A stretch of 64,000 nucleotides of DNA from Amoebophrya sp. A120 (lineage: Eukaryota > Protista > Dinoflagellata). Below are positions 50,423-62,724 of the stretch, one piece after another. How positions within the stretch are numbered: the stretch's first letter is position 1; each line of letters opens with the position of its first letter. Location: NCBI GenBank assembly GCA_905178155.1, contig CAJINV010000003.1, forward strand, positions 4,277,253 to 4,341,252, read 5' to 3'. A program made the translations under genes and the position numbers. Below the pieces are notes generated by a model that was given only the letters and a program-made list of their open reading frames with translations, ran no database searches and was not told the DNA's origin.

Positions 50423-51466
50423 TGTGGTTGATACTTAGTGATACTTACCAAAGGCAATGCGAAAGACAAACAGGAGCAAAGAGTAAGTCGCTTCGAGGTG
50501 GATTTGCCTGAACTCAGTGCAAAAACTGGTGCGATGGTGTTTCGAATATGCCGAATCAAGGCGCGAAGGCCCCGCCCGGCGACTCAAGGGAAAATAAGAC
50601 CTACAATTATTGAACTGTCCATTGAAAAACCTATGGATGTCACGCTGAAGGAATACTCTTCCACTAGAACTCACTATACACCAGAACCAGAAGAATGATT
50701 TCAACAAATCATGATTGCTTTTGGTGTTTGCCTAAGACATGTCGTTGGCGACGCAACTTAGCCACGATCACAAGCATCACAGACATCTTGTCTTTTTTAT
50801 CACGATTACTCCAGCTGAGTGCACAAACAGCCTCGGATTGATGTCAAGAAAACAAGTTGTCCTTCATACTAACTCAATACTTTAACCAGCGAGCAGGCAG
50901 CGTGCACAGACTTTCATGACTCGGTCGCCTTCGTACGACAGGTGCCTGTTGGAACGCGCTGATCGCCCATCCGTACCACCATCAGGAATCACGAATACGA
51001 TCTTCGAACTGAGCATGAGTTTGGCACGAAACGAACGTGATTATCAGTATGTTGACCTCGTCATCTGGATCTGGTTCCTGCTATCAACGATTGCCTTCTT
51101 AAGACGCTAAGAAAGCAGTGAACACACCACGGGCCACGGCTTCAACTTTTGTCTGCGTATCTATGTCATTCATATTTCGGCATGCTCTTTCTCCATGCTT
51201 GTCATTTGTATTTGTTGAAGGAGGATTACCATTACCGAAAAAACGGTGAACAGAAAATGCTACTTGCCGATGCATGTCGTCTAGGGTATTTCACGCACAC
51301 CGTGGCAGTGGCAAGTTCGAAACTAGAAAGAAACCGAAACATTCAGAAGCCGTTCATCTACATCGTTGTGTAGTTCATCTTCATTTACTTTTACTATACA
51401 TTTCCATATAGACACCAGCACCCTGCTCCGTTACGGTATCAGCGCAGAGTACGTAGCCCCCACTGT

Positions 51467-52136
51467 TCATATAGGACTGAGAATGTTTCGTATGAGACCC
51501 CCCGTAGCCGGATCCGTACTAACTTGCGTGACGAAATTTACGTCCAGCAGCGAATCGTCGTCCCGCATGAGAGAAAAGACGAGCAGTCCGACGTTTTTCA
51601 GCACATCCTTCGCGAGTTTTTCTGGCATCTCTAGGTTTTCGATGTGCCACACAACCTCGTTAGCGCTGTCTGGGGACACCGTTGCTGGATATTCAGCGAC
51701 CTGCTCCGTCTCGCCGAATTCGACCTAAAATGGTAGTGGTTTGCTTTTGTGCTGAGCCAGTGCTTTTTCTTGTTTTTGATTTCGTTTTTACAAAAGGAAA
51801 AGAAAATACAGCGTCAGCGCATGCGTTTGTATCTTATGTAGTGAGGGAAATACATCCTTGAGAGCGGCGAGAACAAAACAAATAAGCAATGCAGCATGGG
51901 AGAAACAAAAAAATTTGATAGCGATCAACCGGAACAAAGGAATGTTGTATGCGTACTATTTTTGTCTTCTTCGCAGTATCCACGGAGAAGCGTATGCGCC
52001 ATCTTGCGTTTGGTATGGCGAATGGGTGTGTAAAACGCAGGCGAATGGTGAGTGGGTCCTCCAAAGCGCAATCGTTCGGCGAAATATCAACGCCGACGAC
52101 ATCAATCTCCTCCTCCGGCTGCTCTACCGCCGCCAT
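51467..52136 (-). CDS. Small ASF1-like (Ig-fold) protein, 2 exons
   Basis: IDVVGVDISPNDCALEDPLTIRLRF resembles the ASF1 N-terminus; NVGLL and VNFVTQV...LIRNILSP; GT-AG intron ~51726-51955. Confidence 0.5.
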
Positions 52137-52568
52137 TTCTTTTGTATATTTATGTGCAGGAGCGCCACGCCGGTTCACTCGTTACTAGTCCTCATCTACA
52201 GGTGCTTTGTCAGGAGTAGGATCTTCGTACGCAGAGCAACCGCCTTTCTCAGACACGATTGCTCACATGCTTACTTGTTTCTGCTCGCCATAACCTTACT
52301 TTCTCTGCTCCACACCGCGAACCACATTGACTCGCCACCCACGTTATTTTCCATCGCTAGAATTAAAATTACTTACATGGTTTGGTACTCCCGGATCGAC
52401 TCTATAGCCTCGTTGGAACGGCGACACGCGAGAGTGCAGGTGACAGAAAAAAATAGAAAAGCAAAAGCAACACTGCAGCGCCTTCCTGTGGAACTCCGTG
52501 ATGCACTGGCGTCAAGCAAGGGAATCAATCGAAGCCGTCTACGTAAGTAGATCGACCTATATAGGTTT

Positions 52569-54612
52569 CTATCTTTTTACTTCGCGAAACCCGCGGTAAA
52601 AGCGTTCGTGGTTCGTTCGTATTCTCTCAAGGACGGCCACTTTGTCCTCCTCTTTTTCAACAAGCAGGAAGTGTTCTATCTGGCCCCGACAGGCCTCCAA
52701 AGTCCACAAATAGGGCCCCATATGCTGAAAATTTTGTTCCCGCAGCTCGTCCTGATAATCGACGAAGCGGCCCCAGTCTGCCGCCGTCCAGTTCGCTAGC
52801 CGTTCCGGGCCGGGAAGCGCGAAGCAGGACCGTTCCGCGCCGTCCTCAATGAGCATGGCCGCCAGTGTGCGACCCGGGTTCCGCGGGCAAGGTACCGCGA
52901 AATCGTGCACGCGGCAGGGCTGTTCGTTGCCTGTTTGCAACTCCTGCAACTCCAAATAGTCCGTGCCGGTGTTGCGAAACGCGCCCATCCAAGGGTGGAT
53001 CACGAAATCCTCGCGGTCGGTGATCTTCGAAAAGTCGTGCACGTTCCCCAGCGGCATCATCCCGCCCTTCTGCCCCTCGCCCAAGTCCAGCGCCTGCCGG
53101 TTCTCGTCCCCGAAGATCATGGTCTTCACGTCGACCTGAATGTCGCTCCAGTCGCCCACCTGGGCGGCGCGACTTCGGAAGGTACGGTGTCCGTACGCGA
53201 TGTTGCGATCCGTGTCTCGAATGTAGCTGTTGATGTCTATCAGCAGCGTCGCGGGTTGCTTTCGGATGCAGTACAGCAGATCCTTTCGAAAGTACTCCAC
53301 GGGGAGTGGCTTAATTCTATCATCCTCTGTCATTTCCCGGTGACCGCCAGCCGCCTCGATCTCCGCGTTGGTCTTCCCTTTGTGGTAAAAGTCGTGTACC
53401 TCCTGCGCGGCCTGGACACCCTCATGAGGCTGCACCGTTGTTTTCACGAAGCACTTGACATCCGGGGACCACTTCTCCAAAACGAGAGTCAGTGTTTTTT
53501 GCAAGTAGCTCCACTCCTGTTCGTCTTTCACGCCGATCACAATTCCACATTGCTTGGAAAAATCATGCTGTGAGGACGGCCACAATCTGATTCTTTCTGG
53601 ACGACTACTAGAGCTAGTCCAGTTCAACATCACATGCAACAGACGATCACGCCGGCCCCACATCTACTGCGAGCCGCACAGCATAATATCGCGAATCATT
53701 TTTTTCTGTCGATAAATCAATGTCGTTTTCCAGGAAATCTGGGTGATTTCTCAGTTCCCGCGCGCCCGCGGCGCCGTACCGCATCAACGCGATGAGCGTG
53801 CCGCGGATGGGAAACCAATCGAGCTTCATTTCGTTCGTGAAAATGTCCGCGATCTCCTTGAAACTGCTGTGATAGTAGGCCGTGAAATCCTCATCGCTCA
53901 GCCCCTTTTGCTTGTCCACGTCCGTTCCCAGATGGTCCGCGTACGCGTCCTTCCCCGCCTGTATGTCCTCTGCGAACCACTGCCGGTACTTGTCCGCCCG
54001 CTCCCACCCGGACACGATGTTCCAGCCCTCGACGAGCCGGAGTAACCCGTCGTACGTGACGTCGCTAGACAGCTCGTGGTACAGCGCGGTGAACTCCGCG
54101 ACGATCTCCGCCGACTTCTTCAGCCGTTTCTGCTGCACTGCGATCTCGCTGTACGCGTCGGTGTACGTGACCGCCATGGTGTTTTCCAGCTCCAGCACGA
54201 GGGTCTGCAACGCGATCAAGGGGCACACGTCCACGATCACCTGCCGAAACTGCATCAGCGTCCCGCTCAGCCCGCCCACGTACAGCTCGGCGCCCGAGTT
54301 GTAGAAGTCGTCGTAGTGCTTCTTGATGTGCTGGTACGTCATAAACATGTCCCCATTCTGAATACCCCCGCGCTCGCACGCGTTCCTCACCTTCTCCTCG
54401 GAAAACTTACCGGTGTGCTCGTCGCGCCCGGTCTCGGTTTCGATCAGCTCCCCGGGGTAGTCCGTCGGAAACCGGCTCACCGCCTCAAACTGGTCCGGCA
54501 CAAGCGCGTCGCGATCACTCTGGGCTCGCGCTTTATCACTTGCGCTGGTGCTGAGAAAAAAAAAACGAACCAGGAGAAGAAGTAACGACTTGATGACAGC
54601 GAAAACCAACAT
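52569..54612 (-). CDS. LicD/fukutin-family nucleotidyltransferase-like protein with N-terminal signal/anchor
   Basis: LDWFPIRGTLIALMRYG...ENDIDL (W..GTL..R.G..DxD) and late VPCPRNP; two ORFs must be joined near 53545-53715. Confidence 0.65.
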
Positions 54613-54990
54613 CTTGTGAAAGCGAGATTTGGAGGCGTTGTGGAATATTGCGACGAGCCACACCGGTCTTCTTGCACTGGCAGTTCAATGCTACCGATCG
54701 CCTCCTTCAGATGATTGCGACTATTTGACCTTCGAATTACGCATGTCTGGCACGAGCCTTACGTCGGTACCCACAGCGGAACAAATAAAAAAGAACCGGA
54801 GCATGTCGTCCACCAGCATCACCATTTTCAAAATCAAATTACTCAACATTTTTTCGCTATGAAACTTGGGAACGTCGCTGTGTGCTTTTGTATTTCAGAA
54901 CTATATTCAACGAACCTCACGCGGAGCGGGTGCGGGAGCGGAGGCCGGGGACAAGACTATTCACCACAAAAAAACGTAAAGAAGTAGTCA

Positions 54991-56098
54991 TCATTCGTCC
55001 CAGAACTGAAACCGCCCCCAGTCGAAGGTGGGCTTTTTCTTTGTTTTCTTGACTATCCAATGATGCGGCGTCTTGTTGATCACAAACGGCTCTGGCGGTG
55101 GTGGCGGCGGGGGTAGTTTGGTATCACCGAGCGCTGCTACCACTTCGTTGTTCCTGAAATCAATCCTACCGCGGACGGGAACCGGCATTTCAGCGGGCCA
55201 GCCTACGTGGATGTTCTCGAAAAAAAAGTTGTCGGGCTTCTCGTCGTTACCCGTTGGCTTGTCAGGAATGCTAGCTGTTGTAGTTTTGCGCCCTTACGTA
55301 GCGAGCTGGTTTATCAACGACCTCCTGCGAGGCGAGGCCGAGGCGAGCGAGCGCATACAATCAACAACCTCCTGCGACTCAGAATGTCTATAGGTCAATC
55401 ATCTGCGTACGCTAAGAAGCAAAACTGCACTGCACACACTTTACCTTTCATCTTCTCTGACGCACAGTGGAGAAATGGACCGCATTGCTTGATAAAAGGA
55501 GCCTCCGAGCCGAGATCCTTTCCGAGATCCTTTAAATGTGGAGTGTCGACCGTCGACCACAAGTCCGGATTATCCCCTGCGGAATCCTCCTCCAACTTTT
55601 TGTGCAGATCGTCTACGTGGTGCTGGTGTTTCGCGCACTCGAGCTCCTTTATCTTATCTTCGCACCAATGGACCCGCGCCCACTCTTTGTCGATCGTCTC
55701 GCTGTCGTCCTTCCCCCTTTGTGTCAGAATGTCCTCCGGAGGCGTATGGTCTCCCGCTGGTCCGTTGAAGTTACCTTTAACCTTATACAAAAAGTCGTAG
55801 ATCGGTGTCTTGACGGCTGCGAAACTCGTCGTGGTACCATGACGCAGTCGTATTGTCCATGCAGGCGCCGAGGGGATCTCACTTCTTCTCTGCAAAAATT
55901 TTTGGCTGCAGCTGCTTGGAAGTTGTAAGGCATCAAACTGTGCCTCCACGGCATTCGAGACAGCACTTTCGTAGTGCTGATTAAAATCCAAGGAGCGCAA
56001 CATCATTTTCGCTTCGCATCCAAGCGCTAGTATGTCGAGTCTGAGATGCTGGCTCACTTCGTTCCCATTACATCGGAGTCGTATGCAGGCGGTAGTTC
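54991..56098 (-). CDS. Hypothetical protein, multi-exon, start not resolved
   Basis: 220-aa ORF plus a downstream Pro-rich exon joined by GT-AG intron ~55389-55444. Confidence 0.45.
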
Positions 56099-56534
56099 TG
56101 TAAAACTATCAATCTCTCTGCCTTTGATTGACACACTGACTCTAGTTCGATCTCGTCCTTGAGGACAAAACATATACTCTGGAATCACCAGCCCGGTGGA
56201 GATGCATTCGATTCTTCACATCATCGAGAACAATTTTGCAGAAGCAAGGCCTTCTGGATGACGACCGCGAAATCGAAACTACGACACCCACACGACAAAG
56301 TGGCGAATCACGACTTACGATTTGAAGATATTGCTTTGCTATACAAAACTCACGGGCGAGGGATTCTGTGACGGGCACCAGAGCAACGCAGCGACATGTC
56401 GGACCGCTACAACTCTTCAGATCGAAGTTTCTCTGCGCACACTTAGTTCTGTGAATGTCAAAGGGTAAAAACCAAGCATGAGCTGCGTTGTGATTTCACC
56501 GTCCTGTTCGTTCTTGTTGCGCAATGTAATTTCA

Positions 56535-59500
56535 TTATCCCTCATCCATACGATCCTCATCATCAACATCCTCAACGCAATAATCTTCTTCGTCGTCTTC
56601 GAGATCCAATGTTAAGATTCTCTTGGATCCCCGGTCGTATAGAGTACAAACGCCACGAGCGAAAGACAGCGTCACTTCGAGATTTTTACTGCCAGACCGA
56701 TCGTTGTACTCCGGCGGCAATATGCGGCAGCGAAGCCCAGTTTCCTCAGGATTTTTTTGCATCTCCTCGTCGAGGTAGTAGGATTCAGTATTGCTGGCAG
56801 CATTAGGCCTGTCGTCCTCCATCATAATTGGCTGCACTTTTCCACCGATAACGCGATGTGTGCCGGGTGCGCAGCAGTCTTGTGCGCCAGCTAATTCCAA
56901 TTGTTCCAAGGGAATCAGGACCGCTACACACGTCGACGTCTCAGCAGTACTGTACAAGACCAGCAGCTGCTTCGAGGAGTAAAACTTCGCGGCGACGAAC
57001 CGGGGCGCGGACGTCTTGTTTTTAAACATTACTCGCTTCCACCGATCCCGCTTCCTTGGTGGCATTTCACCGGACAAAGATCCTCCTTGATAGCCTGGAA
57101 TCTTGCCGTCGCAGCCGTGGCAAGGCTGGATTTCCGCAGCACCAAGTCGGACTCGATCTTCAGACATCAAGACCTGCACAAAGGCATTCCCATCTTCTGC
57201 CCAGGCACTGTCAACAACACGACCAGTCGTGGTGCTTGTACAGGCGCCCGATGAATCGTGAATCCTGTTGCTGGCGATCCGTAGCGCAACCTCCTCTACC
57301 TCCACGGAATGCGCTGCGCATACGCTGGAGGCAGTTTCTGTAAGACACTCTTCGAACTCTTCCAGCAAACTCCAGAAGGTGCTAACCTCGATGACTTTCT
57401 CACTGCCGCTCATCTTACTGGACTGCGACACGTGATTCGCTTGCTCCCCCCTCCAACAAGTACTAGTCGTGAAGGCCGGATCGCGAATCCGCGATACCCG
57501 CACTGCGCTCGCGTCGCGTGCTCCAGACAGCTCTCTCGTGGGTGCCTCTGAGGACAATAGTGCTGTGACGACGTCAAGGGACTGGGCGAAATCCTTATTC
57601 AGCATGACTGCCTCGACATGCGCTACCGGGGCGCACACTGGGGGAGGTGACTCGCCAGTGATTTTCCGCAGCACGTAGAACAAGCTCAACACGTAGATTT
57701 GGCACCGGTAGAGGGAAATGCCGAGGGCCTCACATGTCTCGGCAAGCAAGTGCGCTTTCTGTGCCGCCGTGCCTTTTTCCTCGGATTGTTCCTCTCCAAG
57801 CTGACAATTGGAAGACGAAATTGCCACCTCCGCAACGCCACGGGACGCTAGCAACAGATGGCGTGCGGCGGGCTCCATGCGTGTAGCGAGCTATCAAATG
57901 TAAAAGTGTCTGGGTCTGGAAGAATGCAGATTTTTGTCATGCTGCTTTTGCATGACACAAAATGTCTGTCATGGAAGCCCTAGCACCATAGGTTTCGAGA
58001 AGCTTCCGCTTTGCTTAATCCGCATGACAAATCCCCCATTTTCGTGAAAGGTAATGGGCGCCTTTTGCTGCCTATGCATGAGAGATTTGTCTGTGTTGTG
58101 AAATGCGCATCACAAGTTCGCATCCTTCCAGACCCAGACATTTTTACAGTTGATACGAGCAGCGTTTGCACGTATTCGATTGCGTTCAGCATCTGCTTTT
58201 CCATCCGATGGAGGTTGGGCAGGTAGATGTCAGAAACCCGACCGGTGTACATCGCATGCAACAAGTTCTCCTCGCGGGTCGCCTCGCTACTTTCAGTCCC
58301 GTCTGGAGATTCTCGGTCCTCGTCCTCGTCGCCGCCGAAGTGGGCCCGCAGGTGCTCATCAACCGAGGACGCGAGTTTGGACTCAAGCGTTTTGCGCGCG
58401 CCAGAAAAGTGCCGCAGCATTTGCTCGCAGAAGGTTCGCATGGCGGTGAGCACACCACAGCAATGTTGACGACAAACGATGTTGCGCAAAATGATCGCCC
58501 GACGCGCAGGAGGCGCTAGCACTTTCCGAAGATCCAACAACCTGGTGTCGGAAGGTCCAGCGGTGGATGGCCTTGATGGCCTTTCGATCGTGATAAACTT
58601 TCCGTTGCAGTACATCGTCGTGCTGGCCGCGGAGATTTCGTCGTCTTGAAAACCAACGCTAGAGGTCGGGTTTGAAGACGATTTGCAGCTCAGCTCAAGT
58701 ACGCACAGCAAAGCCGCAGCGTTTTCCGAACCATGAAAGCGCATACCACTATCCACAGTGGGACTTAGGGGAGAGGGCGCGGCTGCATCCGGCCCTGCGC
58801 CTGCGGCAAGCGAGCATATCGACGCGACATGCTCGTTTAGCACAAAGCCGGCAATTTTCCCCGTCGCCGAAGTGACAAACAGGATATCTAGGGGCGGTAA
58901 CTCGTCCGGTAGCACGCATTCTGGATGCACGGTCAGCGGTTGTGATGTCGCTCCAACTTGTTGGGGCACCGCGAAAATCGGAGGCAGTGTGGAGAGTTGA
59001 GCCAAGTAGCTACCAGAGAGTCCGATCGCTCCGTTGCCATGATTTCGGACTCCTGCGGAAGATTCATCCTGCACTGAGGTAGATGACAAGAGGCTCTCCG
59101 GGTGCGCACCGTTCGACAGAAGGACCTTCCCCAGCTCATCCTGGAACATTGGCGATGTTAGAGAAGCACTGATGCCTTGGCTCTCCAGCAGGGGACACCA
59201 GCCCTCCGGCGTTGAGGAAGCTCCCAAACGGCGAAACAGTGAATGCAAGATTTTGGTTCGGCTTTCACAACTGGATGCAGAAGCAGATTCCGGACCGGTA
59301 CTAAAATCTTGGCCTGTATTGATGTGATCATTCACGTGCGAAGTGCAACTACCGTGTCGAGTGTCGCTTCCCCCTCCTGGTCGATGCCAACATAATGCAG
59401 CTAGAGTGTCGTCGCTGGAGTTATTTCCTGCGCTTGAGTTTTTGCCTTGTTTTTTCGTACCTTTTTCGAACACGTTCGTGAACTTGAAGAACATGCGCTC

Positions 59501-59920
59501 GGTAGCGATGTCGAAGACCGTGATGACAGATCGCCGACCTACTGCGAGAAACCGCCCGCAAGGCGACCACGCGGCCACGGTCCGCGACGCAGGCGCATGC
59601 GTTGCAGTAGATCTAGCGGCCGCACTCGAAGAAGAAGAAGAAGATGAGCTGCTAGAAGATGAGCTGCCAGAACAACTGGAGCTACTTGTGTGAAAAACTT
59701 TTCCGACTTTTTCTCCTGCATCTTCGGAGTTTTCAGCAGGAAGCGTTTCCGCGGGGGAAACCGCGGCCGCAAACACCAAATCATTCTCGTCTTCTGCCAG
59801 GGGACGCAAGACCGCCAGCACATCCCCATCCACGACAGCCAGGAGGTCCTGCACGGGGTTCCACGCCACGCAGCGGACGTCGGCAGCAAGCTTCTCGCTC
59901 ACCAGACGGAAACTACTCAT
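56535..59920 (-). CDS. ANAPC4: Anaphase-promoting complex subunit 4-like
   Basis: N-terminal WD40 CVAWNPVQDLLAV and AWSPCGRFLAVG, helical middle, C-terminal SFARGVCTL...LTLDLEDDEE; QTLL|ATRMEPA is in frame after removing 57892-58155. Confidence 0.75.
57892..58155. mobile_element. TIR insertion / non-canonical intron, family A (264 bp)
   Basis: TATCAAATGTAAAAGTGTCTGGGTCTGGAAG...CTTCCAGACCCAGACATTTTTACAGTTGATA; direct repeat CGAGC. Confidence 0.95.
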
Positions 59921-60531
59921 GGTGATCAGATTGTAAGCATTCCCAGTACCAGTTCTTTTTAAGCAGTCGGCTCTGATAGCGAATCCGCAAGAAGGCCCTA
60001 CTGGTACTGTGCTTCATCTTCTGTACCATACAAAAGCAGACTCACACGAACCATCTCAAGACAGTACGATCTATCCCATGCAACACAAAGAAAAAAACAA
60101 CAGGGACAACCACGCTCCTCACAATGATGAAGTACTGCAGCTACAACTACCTGACTTACAAGCTTACGACTGCGTTGGTCTTACTTACAATTCCAAAAGC
60201 ATACATAAGGCTGGATCATGCAGTTGCAGACCCGAGCGCAATCAATGCTTCACCAATGATCGTCACAGTCTCTTTCCGTTCTGTTCGAAAAGAAGATCAA
60301 GATCCAACCGGTGGTCACACACAAGGAAAAAAAAAAGGAGTTGCATTTGCGGATCCTGCAAGAGAACTTGCTCAGAACACTTGCTTGCGACACGAAAAAA
60401 AAAAAAAACGATTGCTTGCGATCAGCCCCGTGTAAAATCTGTAGTACGTTCAAAGTCGCTTGATAGTATATAGAAATTTCGCATACTGTGTACATATGTG
60501 AGGACACTGAAAAGTCACTTCACACACACAA

Positions 60532-61881
60532 CTACTGTTTGTTCTTGCGCGCCAAGTAGCGCTCCTTTGCACTGAGTGCCCGCTGGTTTCGCTCGACCTT
60601 TTCAGCTTGCTGCTGTGCCTGGCGCTCGGCTTCTTTCTCCTTTTCCACCGCCGCGGCCGCCTCTGCGCGCACGCGCTTTTCCTCGGCTTCCTGCTGTTTC
60701 TGTGCGAGACTTGCTTCTGCACTCTGCATCTCGAGCTTGGGGCGTTTAGCCGTGTCCCCGCTGCCTTCAACATCCTTTTCAGCGTCGCGCTTCGTGGTCG
60801 AAGTGGTCGTTTCCGCTGCTGGATCGTCTGGCTTCGCTGCGCCCATAGTTGACATTTTGTCTGTCGCCTTCTGCGGTCCGGCTGTCAATCCCGGAGGCCT
60901 TTGCGGCCCTAAAGCGCTCATATTGTCTGCTGCTTTCGCTGGCGCCGCGGCCATACCAGGCGGACGCGCGGGGCCTACCGCCACGCCGGCCGCTGGTGGT
61001 TTAGCAGGTTCTTCCCCCGGTGCCGTTGTTTTCTGATCTCCAAAGGCTTTCTTGGTCTGCTCCTCAGCACCTCCCGCACCCTCGCCTCTTCGCTCGTTGA
61101 GCAGCCGTTGGTGCAACTCACCGGAGAATCCCCACGCGGCCTTTGCGTTTTTCGCAAAAGCGGCCTCGTCGGCTTGGTCCTGTTCGAGGAGTTGTGCTTC
61201 AAACTTTTTCCGCTTCTCGAGTTCCCGTGCGTAGGCGCCGGTGACGAACGCCTCGGGCTTCTTTTCCTCCGCGTCCAGGGTGCGGTTGATTGCCCGCTGC
61301 TCCAAAATGGCCTTTTCGACGTCGCGCCGGTCCTTCGTCTCGCGCATCCCCTCCACGTACTGGCTCTTCTTTTGCGCGAGCTCCTCGTGGTACTTCTTAT
61401 TCATGACCGTCAACCCAGTGCGCTTTACCTGCTCCAGCGCGTCCGTGGTCTGCATGTTGTGGTACTTCTTCTCCATCTCCGCGTCGTCTAGGTGTTCGTC
61501 GTACTGGAACACACTCGCGTCCGCCGCAATCATGGCATCCATCTGCTTCTGCAAGTTCTTCGACACGCCAGGAATGTGCGCAGCTGCAGTGCTACTTTTC
61601 GTGGAGGTAGTTACCGTCGTTGATGTTGAGGAGGACGAAACGGCGGCTACCGCACTGTGCGCGATAATGGTGGGGTGGTAACCCTGCTTGATTCGCTCCG
61701 CTTCGAGGTTCTCCTGCGCGTCGATCGCCTCCTGAAACATCTTGGGAACCACGGCGGGCGCCTTCGCTTTCGCCAGACCTTGCTGCTGCGACAAGACACT
61801 GACCCCGAAGGCGCCAGGCTTCGCCTTCGCCGGACCCGTAGCGCCTGCGCCGGGCTTCGAAAACGACATTGAAAATTTCAT
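60532..61881 (-). CDS. NSRP1: Nuclear speckle splicing regulatory protein 1 (CCDC55/DUF2040)
   Basis: DASVFQYDE, KSQYVEGM, EAFVTGAY..EL, C-terminal SAKERYLARK. Confidence 0.8.
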   Translation of the reverse strand: MKFSMSFSKPGAGATGPAKAKPGAFGVSVLSQQQGLAKAKAPAVVPKMFQEAIDAQENLEAERIKQGYHPTIIAHSAVAAVSSSSTSTTVTTSTKSSTAAAHIPGVSKNLQKQMDAMIAADASVFQYDEHLDDAEMEKKYHNMQTTDALEQVKRTGLTVMNKKYHEELAQKKSQYVEGMRETKDRRDVEKAILEQRAINRTLDAEEKKPEAFVTGAYARELEKRKKFEAQLLEQDQADEAAFAKNAKAAWGFSGELHQRLLNERRGEGAGGAEEQTKKAFGDQKTTAPGEEPAKPPAAGVAVGPARPPGMAAAPAKAADNMSALGPQRPPGLTAGPQKATDKMSTMGAAKPDDPAAETTTSTTKRDAEKDVEGSGDTAKRPKLEMQSAEASLAQKQQEAEEKRVRAEAAAAVEKEKEAERQAQQQAEKVERNQRALSAKERYLARKNKQ

Positions 61882-62195
61882 GGTGGGCGTGTTCTGCTCA
61901 AGAAAGAAAAAGAATTTCTAAAGTTTCTACTGGAGGTGGTGCGTGGGCAGTCTAGGTCTACACCTCCTCGCGTCCATATCTACTTCTACACTACGCAACT
62001 TACAACAAACCATTTGCTGGGCAGCTTTAGTCGATTGTTCTTGTTCATACTAATACCTCCTACAAAGAATACTTTTGATTCTGGAAGGGTAGTTGCCTAC
62101 TGGCAGAAATCTTACAATGAGAAGGAAGGGAAGAGGGACGCTAGCGGCTTTGTTTTTGATCGACGACCATGCACACTTCGAGAGCCATGAATTAT

Positions 62196-62401
62196 TATCA
62201 AAGAAAAAAAGTTCGTCACGATCACTCATGCGCATTCTTGCAATACAAAATTGTTTGTCATGCGTAAAAATGCATCACAGCCAAACCTCATTAGGGATTT
62301 CCCTAGTGTTTCTGCAATACAAGGAAAGTTTGTGATGCTGAGAAAATTTGTAATGCATAACCTGCAAATTAGTGATTGTGACAAACTTTTTTCTCTCCAT
62401 A
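62196..62401. mobile_element. TIR insertion, family E (206 bp), in UTR or intergenic DNA
   Basis: TATCAAAGAAAAAAAGTTCGTCACGATCACT...AGTGATTGTGACAAACTTTTTTCTCTCCATA; direct repeat ATTAT. Confidence 0.85.
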
Positions 62402-62724
62402 ATTATAGACCCGGTTGCAATGTTGCGTTGCTCGCTTTGCTTGTCATTTTCTCGAAGTGCAGTGTCGCAACATCTCAGCGTCTTCTCTAGAATTTCTTTT
62501 TGCTGTGAACTTACTTACTTTGCAGAACCAGATCGATGAATTTTGGTATCATGCTTCGCGCCTTCTTCATGTCTTGCGAAACACACCAGAGTCTTTGTAC
62601 CGGTAAAGAGCCTCTTGGAAGAAGCTTTGACAGTCGCTTCCTTTCGAAACCTTTTCTTTCCATTTTTGTCGTCGCTTTGTTGTGATACAGAGATACTTGT
62701 CGTGATCGATATTGCGTCAATGAA

